A stretch of 35,185 bases of DNA from Parasitella parasitica NRRL 2501 (lineage: Eukaryota; Fungi; Mucoromycota), in NCBI GenBank assembly GCA_025201805.1, contig MU619392.1, forward strand, positions 29,844-65,028, read 5' to 3'. A model generated the notes under the pieces. It made no database searches and was not told the origin of the DNA. It was given only the letters and a program-made list of their open reading frames with translations. This document shows, in pieces, positions 1 through 9,459 of this stretch. The number at the start of each line of letters is the position of its first letter. Position 1 is the stretch's first letter. Position numbers and translations under genes: made by a program.

Positions 1-54
1 CTTATATCGTGAATAGCCTTATATCGAACAGCCTTAAATCGAGCGGCTACTGTA
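1..54. mobile_element. Terminal inverted repeat end of a Tc1/mariner/pogo-like DNA transposon or MITE, truncated by the window edge
   Basis: Ends ...GCGGCTACTG|TA (reverse complement TA|CAGTAGCCGC), a CAGT-type terminus with a TA target site. Subterminal direct repeats CTTATATCG/CTTAAATCG occur three times. Confidence 0.6.
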
Positions 55-152
55 CGCTTGTGTAAATTGGAGAATAAAGTCTCTGTTTCAAATCAAGAAG
101 GTTATTCCTGTAAGTAACACAGATCTGAGCACCAGGATAAAGGTTAAGGCTC

Positions 153-381
153 TGTCAGATCAAAGACGTGTAGCCCTTGCTGTATAACCTCATATCGTAC
201 CCTGTCAAGTAAATTGTCACTGTGAATTAGTCTTGTCAATTAGTAATCTAAATAAGTCACCATAAATTTATGTAGTTGTAAAAAGTATAAATAGCAGATG
301 CAATTTCGATCTTAAATAAAGTATCTTTAGTTTTCGTATCTCGTTAACCTTTAGTTTTTTTATTATCTTTTTGATCCAACA
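153..381 (+). mobile_element. LTR of an LTR retrotransposon (family A); left boundary uncertain, could start as early as 61
   Basis: Imperfect inverted termini TGTCAGATCAAA...TTTGATCCAACA, internal TATAAATA and AATAAA, followed by TTTTGGTCC (PBS-like TGG). The last ~50 bp recur inverted at 35135-35185. Confidence 0.7.
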
Positions 382-1015
382 TTTTGGTCCAAAAAAACAA
401 AATTTCGGTTTTTCTATTTTATCCTTTATTTTTCAACACAATTCACTTTGATCTTTGCACATTTAGATAGAGCTCCAACTCCTCCTGTATTAATATGTTG
501 TATTACGCTTGGAGACTTGTGACAAATTTTAGCATTAATATGCAACCAAAGTGTTTTGAAATTGAGTTTTTTTTGGGTAAGTGAGCCATTTAGAACAAAA
601 AAATGCGCTTGCTTCTATAACTTTAGCTGCATGGTCAACCAAAGGCTGTTGAGATACAACTGGTAAAATTTATCACATGATATCATATATTTACACATCA
701 GAATTACATATAATCGATGATAGGCTTGGATAAAGAGCAAAATGAAGTCTGTCTTATGCGCCGTCAAATCAGGCATGATCATCGCTATCTGAGCATTACT
801 TGATTTTCTTTGGGCGATGTGTCTATCAAAAGTTATGTGCAAAAACAGTTTTATTTTTCATATTCTATCATTAATATCAGATATTTGCTTATAACTTTTG
901 CTAAAATGACCATAGAACCATGATCTAAGTTGGAAAACTTGGCGTTGACTTGGCGCTACCTGACAACAACATTGGTATCCATGTTTTTATCGATATCTGT
1001 AAAGTTATCAGATGA

Positions 1016-1433
1016 TGATATGAGGTATTTAACGCCTGATTAGATAATCAGGGACAGAGAGATAACCAAAGATATATTGTTAAGTTTATATACAAGGAGA
1101 TTATTATTAATAAGGGAAAGTGGGGAATTGCATAGGAAAGGTTTCTAGGAGAATGCGATGAGGAGATCTGACGAAGAAAACTCTTTTTGCTAGGCAAAAT
1201 GGTTTTATTTATACTTTTTGCGAGTTATCTTGTTCTCATTTCAGTGAACTAGAATTTATTCAATAATGTGGATCAATCAGGTGAGTATCTAGTGTGGATC
1301 AATAAGGTGATAGTTATAAGTGAATCAGTTAGGTAAGAATGACAATGTGGATCAGTTAGGCAAGAACGAGATGAATTGTCTTTTTGGAAATATATATAAT
1401 AGTTTTTGATTTATGCTTGACAGGTTCATGACA
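1016..1433 (-). mobile_element. Solo LTR (418 bp) with 5-bp target-site duplication GATGA
   Basis: TG...CA termini (TGATATGA...TCATGACA) flanked by GATGA at 1011-1015 and 1434-1438. TATAAATA on the minus strand at ~1206-1213. Four internal degenerate repeats of GTG(G/A)ATCA-N3-AGG. Confidence 0.85.
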
Positions 1434-1812
1434 GATGAATAGCTTTACAGCACTATGATAAAATAATTATTACAGTTAATAGACGCCAATGGCTCTAATT
1501 AATATTATAGTTTTACTCGAATAATAAAAAGAAATCATTAGCAATAAAGCGGTTTAGAGTATATACATGGTTGACTGTTGGAAGGGAAAAATCCAGAGTG
1601 CGAAATGCTTAAAACTTATGTCCTCGGTTTTTACGCAAAAAAAAAAAAGGGTCTCTTCGTTAAAGCCTAGCTTTGCGATACCATTTTTACTTTGTGACGT
1701 TGAGCTACCTCCGAATCATTTTAATAAATGTTGTATCTTTGTCGGTCCTTCTCTATATCAACTTTTTCTACCTCTTCTCAGTTGCATATATAACATTTAA
1801 AACATAAAGTCA

Positions 1813-4800
1813 ATGGCAGAGTGTTTATCAGATCTCACTCAAGAATTTGACGTTGGTCTGCTGGATCAAGTTGTCGTTACCTTTTACTCAAGTACTGGCG
1901 ATGCTGTGAAGTGCTGAGACACTTTTTTTATGCATTGCAATCCTAACCGATAAATATAGAGACGAACAGCAGAAGAAATATTAACTCGGTTACAAGAAGA
2001 TGAGGAAGCATGGAACCGTGTCGATACTATTCTTGAGAAATCAACAGTACCTGAAACCAAGGTGAGTTTACAATGATGCATTTGAGTTCCACCTTTGATA
2101 CCAATATCATGCAGTTTATAGCTTTGCAGATCATGGATAAGTTTATACGGACACGGTGGAATACTTTACAGCCTGGAGTCAAGGATGGTAAGAGATAATT
2201 AAATCTAACTCGTCTGTCAACTTAATGTTCTTGAATTCAGCTACCCGAAATTTTATTGTCGACGTTATCGTCAAAGTGTCATCAGATGAAATTACATTTA
2301 AGAAGGAACACATTTTCGTGGGCAAACTCAACATGGTACTTGTTCAAGTGAGTTCTAGTTTCTCTTTATAAATGGTTCAAGTCATTTAGTAAAGTTTTCT
2401 TTCTTAGATATTAAAGCAAGACTGGCCTCATAATTGGCCATGTTTTATCCTAGAGATTGTTTCTTCCAGCCACGCAAATTTAACATTATGCGAAAATAAT
2501 ATGGCCATTTTGAAGGTTCTCAGTGAAGAAATTTTTGACTATTCCGCTGACCAAATGACACAACTAAAGACGTCTAACTTACGACAGTTGATGTGTAACG
2601 AATTTTCAGAAATATTCAAATTATGCAAAGAGATTCTTGAGAAGGCGACCAAACCAAGTTTAATCAAAGCAACATTAGACACTCTGTTGAGGTTTCTCAC
2701 TTGGATTCCTATCGGTTATATATTTGAGACAAATTTGCTTGATATACTTAAGAACGTTTGTCTTTTATTTTAATATATAGTGAATGCGCTGCCCTAACTC
2801 ACAGTTTTGTTAGATTTTCGAATCGCCAATGTATCGTAACTCAACACTTAAATGCTTGATTGAAATTGGAAGCCTTTCTGCAGTCAGCAATAATTACAGT
2901 CAAAAAATTATCATTTTATTCGCTCAAGTCATATCGACAGTGTACACTGTCATTCCTCCTCATATCGAGATTTCCACTATCTATGAAGAGAGCAGTGATG
3001 ACGACCAAGAATTTGTACAGAATTTAGCTTTGTTTTTGACGAGTTTTCTGTCTTCCCATTTGAGAAATTTGGAACAGTCTTCTGATAAACAAGCATTGCA
3101 AGCTTTACTGAACGCTCATTTTTATCTTCTTAGAATAACTCAAGTGCAAGATCGAGAAATCTTCAAAATTTGTTTAGAATATTGGGCTAAACTAGTTCGA
3201 AAACTCTTCGAAGAAAGTCTTGTACCACTACACTGTCAATCTCGATCTCGTAATCAAGACAATTTTAGCAAAAAGTGCATTACTTACGATAATGTATTAT
3301 CGAGATTACGTGTGATAATGATTGAAACAATGGCGAAACCAGAAGAAGTTTTGATTGTTGAAAATGAAGAAGGAGAACTTGTACGTGAGTTTGTCAAGGA
3401 AAGCGACACAATCGTCTTGTACAAGAGCATGAAAGAAGTGTTAGTTTTTTTGACTAATTTGGATGTTATTGATACAGCAAATATTATGAAAAAGAAATTA
3501 AAAAATCAAACGAGTGGCACGAAGTGGTCCCGGCAGGACATGAATCGATTATGCTGGGCTATTGGATCTATATCTGGTGCTATGCCCGAAGATTTTGAAA
3601 AGAGCTTCTTGATGGATGTCATTAAATATTTATTAGATCTTTGCGAAACAAATAGAGATAAAAATAACAAAGCCGCAATTGCCTCTAACATCATGTATAT
3701 AGTGGGTCAATATCCTCGTTTCCTGAAGACACATTGGAAGTTTCTCAGGATAGTCATTAATAAGCTAATTGAATTTATGCATGAAGCTCACGACGGTGTT
3801 CAAGATATGGCTTGTGATACTTTTCTTAAAATATCTCGAGAATGCAAAAGATGTTTTGTTACTACAAGTGTTGGGGAAGTTCGTCCACTTGTTGTTGAAA
3901 TCATTGAAAAAATTTCTCAAACTACATCCGAACTCTCCCCTCAACAAATCTATACTTTTTACGAAGCAGTTGCTTATATGGTTTTAGCAGAAATTGATAA
4001 AACTAGACAAGAGCAACTGATACACATGCTCTTGCAAATACCCAACGGATCATGGTACCAAATCATGGGCGACTGCAAGAATGGCATCGATGTTTTGAAC
4101 AATGCTGGCCAAGTTAAAGTATTATCACATGTGCTAAAGACAAATGTCTCTGTATGTGTGGCAATCGGACCAGGTTTCGTCAGTCAATTAGGCAAGATAT
4201 ATTCTGACCTATTGGCTTTGTACCGTGCTGCTGGTGTCATTGTGTCAGATTTGGAAATTGATCAAGGTAAACTTTTATGATGCGCACTTGTTAAAAATAT
4301 GGCTAAAATTTTTATGGTTATCGTAGGATTTGTTGCTGTGAGAACAACCAAAGTGCGCGCGTTAAGAAGTATCAAAAAAGATGTTCTTAAGTTGATTTAT
4401 GCTTTTATTGAAAATGCAACGGATTTAGCCTATGTTGCTGAATTCATGGTCAATCCCTTTTTATATTCAGTGTTATCCGATTACAAAAATACTATGGATA
4501 TTGCTAGAGATGCAGAGGTCTTAACTTCTTTAGCTATGATGATCACCAAATTAGGGGTAAACTATATGCGTCTGATCCATTGAATTGTACACTAATCGAT
4601 ATCAAGCCTTTAATGAAACCGTGTATTTCATTAGTGTTTGAAGCTACATTTGAACCTACTCTTAATATGATTACAGCGAATTTCATAGATTTTCCCGAGA
4701 TTCGAAGTGGATTTTATAAATTATTGAGGGCTGTCAACGCCAAGTGCTTTCCAGGTATATAGAGGTTATTCTTTGTTGAATGGTTTAGCTGACTTTTACA

Positions 4801-5526
4801 TAAATTCAACTTAGCTTTATTAGAACTTTCACCTGAACGATTCAAACTGTTTATCGATAGTATAATTTGGGGCTTCAAACATACAATGCGTGATATTGCA
4901 GACATAAGTCTTTACACATGTGAAGAGTTGCTTTTAAATGTTCGACAAACTGATGATATCAATGCCGGTGCATTCTTTCGATCATATTATCTCACTATTT
5001 TGCAAGACGTACTCTCTGTATTGACAGATTGTGATCATAAAAGCGGATTCAAAGGACAGACAGAAGTTTTGGCACAGCTGTTTCAACTAGTTGCTAATGA
5101 CTGCATCAAAATAACTTTGTTTGATACCTCTCAAACGACTGATCCCTATATGTCAAATGCTCAATTTTTGAATCAATATGTATCAGCCTTGCTTCAAAAT
5201 GCATTTCCACATTTAAAAAGGTAACCATCAACTAAGTATGCCACATAAATCTCCTCTAATTTACAAGAATTAGCAAACAAATTAAGAGTTTTGTTAAGGC
5301 CATGATGGAATACAACATTGTATTGCCAAAATTCAAGTTGGAAGTTCGAGATTTCCTTAATCAGCTGAAAGAATTTACAGGTGAAAATGCAGAGCTGTAT
5401 CTGGAAGAAAAAAAGGCCGAAATGAACGAAAAGAAAAGACAAGAGAAAGAGAAAGTTCTGCTAGTCCCTGGTGTGATCAAACCATCTGATTTGACGGTTA
5501 AAGAAGTAGATGTTTCGATCAAATGA
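1813..5526 (+). CDS. CRM1: Exportin-1 (CRM1/XPO1), multi-exon
   Basis: ATG at 1813 (MAECLSDLTQEFDVGLLDQVV). Hallmark motifs QILKQDWPHNWP, LSEEIFDYS, KPEEVLIVENEEGELVREF, LCWAIGSISGAM, NIMYIVGQYPRFL, HWKFL, GVQDMACDTF, VRDFLNQLKEF, VPGVIKP. About 9 short GT-AG introns; stop at 5524-5526. Confidence 0.97.
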
Positions 5527-6253
5527 GAATGTAGGGCATTGTAATTACGCTTATGTTAGAACATAAAGAAATGCATATTCTCTATTTAAACAGATAAGCG
5601 CTGCTTATTATTATTATGAAGTTGGTGATGGAATAAAAAGCAAAATAAACAAGAACAAATAATCAGAGATTACACAGGGGCGCTTTCATTCATCTACTAT
5701 AATTCCAATGATTATAGTTTTGTTGATTTAATGCCTAAGATTAAATGTAAATTTATAAGAGCCATTGATCTGTATTATATTATTTAACGAATAACATTAG
5801 TAAACATCAAATTACGATTTGTAATATAGAAGAGATCATTGTCATTTTATTCAGTGCCAATTTTATTTTTTTATGAATTTCTTTAGCAAATGAATCGAAG
5901 TGGAATAGGGTGAAGCGGAGTCGAGCACCTGGTAATCGATCTAAAAGAATCTGGAACATTTCTATTTAAGACTAATTGCCGTTTTACAGACTAGGAGAAT
6001 TCTTTATGCATTGGATGCCAGTTTTTTGTACTATACTATACATTTGATGAAATTATAATACTACAAAAATCTATTTTAAGGTTGGGAAATGCAGCCCACA
6101 TCATACCATTATCATGATAATCAGTATTTCCATTTATTTATGAAGATTTTTAGTGTATATTCTAAACCATATATGTCAAACTACCCTGCATGCCACAAGA
6201 GAAAGATCTCATCTACGAACTGCAAAAAGTCACAGAAAAAATTTCTGTTCTAG

Positions 6254-6261
6254 TATAAATA
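6254..6261 (+). promoter_or_regulatory. Candidate TATA box of SPE2, implying a 5' leader of roughly 350 nt
   Basis: TATAAATA about 415 bp upstream of the SPE2 ATG, followed by a pyrimidine-rich tract. Confidence 0.45.
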
Positions 6262-6430
6262 CTAAATGTGAGAACAACATGAGTCTTCTTCATCTCATCA
6301 ATAATACTCTTCATTTTTTTTTTATTCCTTTGTCTTATATTTCACAGTATAGGAATGAGTATTTATTCCAAGCACACCAATTCTTCGAATTCAAATCTTT
6401 AATCAAACAAATCCCTGTTATATACTTGCT

Positions 6431-6517
6431 ATGCCAATAGATTATTATACAAATAATTTAGTCCGTTACTTGATCAGCTTACCTTTCCGGCTCCATTTCT
6501 CTAACTTTTGGCCTTGA
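6431..6517 (+). promoter_or_regulatory. Upstream ORF (28 aa, MPIDYYTNNLVRYLISLPFRLHFSNFWP*) in the putative SPE2 leader
   Basis: Open frame from ATG 6431 to TGA 6515-6517, ending about 150 nt upstream of the main ATG; the last codons are Trp-Pro-stop. Confidence 0.55.
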
Positions 6518-6668
6518 CATATATCACTTCCAAATCAACCTCCTAATTAATTAATTATTTCAACTATTTCTTATTCAAAAAAAACCTTCCAAAAACTTAC
6601 ATTTATTAGCACCTGACAATCCAGATTTTTTCCTATAAACCCTTATATTCAAACTCCCATATTTTGCA

Positions 6669-8327
6669 ATGGCCTACAACTCGCTTCCTCAACCTCCTCC
6701 TGCTCCTCCTCCTGTCTCAGGAACGAATTATTCAGCCGAACATGGCTGCTTTGAAGGACCAGAGAAATTACTAGAAATATGGTTCTCTCCCACGCCTTCT
6801 TTTGGTCGTTTCGATGCCAACGGTGCAGATTCTTTATCAACATCTCTTACAAACTCTGATTCTGAAGAAGTATCAGATGAATCCAATCCAACCACTCCAA
6901 ATGAACCTCAAATGAATCTTTCTTTGGGATATTCTCAAGACCTCCGAACCGTGGAGCGCTCTTTATGGGACTCTATGCTCGCCACTGTCAAATGTACAGT
7001 TCTCAGTGTTGTCAGCAATGGGCATGTAGATGCTTATTTATTAAGGTAAATTTGATATACTGTATCTGTTTTTTTTTTCTTTTTATGCATCTAGGAACAT
7101 ATATTGTGTGTTTGCGTGCTGCTTCTTGGCTTATTTTTTAATCAAAACAAAAATCAATGTCGCTCATACCCAAATCTTCTTCCATTCTCCAGTGAGTCCT
7201 CCATGTTTGTATTTCCACACAAGATCGTGCTCAAGACTTGTGGTACTACCACTCTTCTCAAGGCTGTACCTTATATCCTGGAAATTGCAAAAACTCGTTG
7301 TGGATACGAAAGTGTCTATCGTTTATTCTATTCCAGAAAGTCGTTCATGTTTCCTGAAAAGCAACTAGGTCCTCACAGGAGTTGGGAAGAAGAAGTTAGC
7401 TATTTGGATAATCACTTTGGTAAGTCTATGATAAACACCTAAAAAGGAGGGAATCTAATACTGGGTTTAGACAATGGCGCTTCTTATGTCATTGGCAATA
7501 CAAACGCTGAAGAATGGTATCTCTATTTGACCTCACCCGCTACAACCCAGCATCAAAATCATCTTATTGAAAACTTGACTGATATGAGACAGTTGATAAA
7601 GGAAACTGAAGGTTTATCTTGGATGAGCAACTCTGTGGATGAATTTGCTCCTTGGAACAATACACCAAATATTGGTGAAACTAAATCACCAGTTGCTGCT
7701 GCTACTACCAATGCACCGGGACATCACAATGGTAATGGCAGTAACTTCTATCATAAAGCGTCCGCTGTTCATAGTTACCGTACATATGATGAAACTATTG
7801 AGATACTTATGACCAACTTGGACATGAAAGCCATGGAAGCCTTTTATCAACGTTGCGATGAGCCTAGTGGTCTTGTAGGAGGTAAACGTATTGATTCGGA
7901 AACTGGCCTCGATCAACTTTACCCAGAAGCCAATGTCGATTCTTACATGTTTGAGCCTTGTGGTTATTCTTGCAATGGGTTATCTGAAGATGGTTATTAT
8001 ACAATTCATTGTGCTCCTGAGGAACAGTGCTCCTATGCTTCATTTGAAACTACAATTCCTGTCAAACCTGTAGATACCCCTGGTAAGAATGGTCATGGCC
8101 ACGAGGAGGCTATTCGCAAACTTATTCGTCAAGTTGTGGATATCTTTCAACCTGGTTCCTTTACTGTTACTTATTTCGCTTCTCATTGTGACGTGAACCA
8201 ACAAGTTGATAATGTTAGTAGACTTGTACGTACTGTCGATCAGTTTGGTGGCTACAGACGTAAAGATAAAATTCTTCATGAATTTGAAGGTTATGACCTT
8301 ATTTTTGGTCATTTTACAAGACTTTAG
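6669..8327 (+). CDS. SPE2: S-adenosylmethionine decarboxylase proenzyme; exons 6669-7045, 7193-7419, 7471-8327
   Basis: Motifs [12 protein letters not shown], spliced AYLLSESSMFV (pyruvoyl self-cleavage E|S), [41 protein letters not shown]. Confidence 0.97.
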
Positions 8328-8784
8328 TTTTACTTTCGATGTTCCATTTGAGCATCGCATATATGATTATACTCTTTTATTTCTCTCTATTCATACTTAT
8401 AACAATAAACAAAGACCTTTTAACTACAACACTTGATGATGGATACAAATTAGACAAACTTCTGCAGTACCAAATCAGTGTCGATGGGCTCTGGTTGGCA
8501 CGTAAAGCGTAAAAACTTGCGCGCTTTGTGTAACAACATCCTAAAATCCATGCAAATCATCTTAGCCTCCATAAAAGTGTGCCATGCTATTTCTTTCGTC
8601 AAGAATATTTGATGTTATGCATCTATAAGCACTCTTTATTAAATTTATAGATATATTACTGTCAGAACCTGACAAAATCACTGCGATTATTCAACCTCTG
8701 ATATTTTAATTGCAGCACCTTGCTATAAAAAGTTACCAGCAGAATACTTTGCTGGACCTTCTTTTCATTGAAACGCATACCATA

Positions 8785-9438
8785 ATGGACGAGTTTCCCT
8801 CAGGATATTTTTACATCAAATCTCGTACCTCTGGGAAAGTGATTGATGGTAAATTTGATGATAGATTGTAAGTTGATATCTATTAACTCATGTACTACTT
8901 GTAGTCGACGGGGCATCCACAAAAGTAAGATATTTTGTTTATCAACGATATGACGATGGCTTAACAATTCGCAGAACGATGGGAAAATACTAATATGGAC
9001 ACCCAAGCACAACGACGATCGAGACAACCAACTATGGTATTATCAGGTATAAAAAAATCTCTGAAAAACTCTAGTATATGACATGTTGAATTAAACAGGA
9101 CAGTCCAGGATGGATTTATAGTGAATAAATGCTCAGGCAAAGTGCTGGATGTGCGAGGTGGCCCGCTTGCAGACGACGCTTGGATTTGTCAATACGATCG
9201 TAAAAAAATTAGCGAAGCTCAAAATCAACGTTGGGGGTATGAAGATGGATTCATTTATACGCTAGCAGACCCTCACATGGTGCTTGATGTGCGTAATAAT
9301 TCAACAGCAGACGGGACACGAGTGATATTACACCACAAAAAGTTTAGTTATGACAATATGGATCAACTTTGGGATTTGACACCTGCTGGTCAAGTGAGAG
9401 CAGAGAGAGAAGTTTTATTCGAAGCAGATTTTGAATAG
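8785..9438 (+). CDS. Small ricin-B-type (beta-trefoil) lectin-domain protein, 4 exons including a 20-nt exon at 8905-8924
   Basis: Spliced product MDEFPSGYFYIKSRTSGKVIDVDGASTKNDGKILIW..DNQLWYYQDGFIVNKCSGKVLDVRGG..NQRW..VLDVR..DQLW, with three QxW repeats and no signal peptide. Confidence 0.88.
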
Positions 9439-9459
9439 CAATGATAATAAAGGGAGAAA

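Noticed and set aside
1260-1365. CRISPR-like spaced repeats
   Set aside because: The repeats are degenerate with short irregular spacers, lie inside a eukaryotic solo LTR, and there are no cas genes.
8325-8436. AMD1-like stop-codon readthrough tail on SPE2
   Set aside because: The in-frame extension after TAG is only 7 codons before a TGA and the stop context is not leaky. The 8206-8436 ORF is in another frame and looks non-coding.
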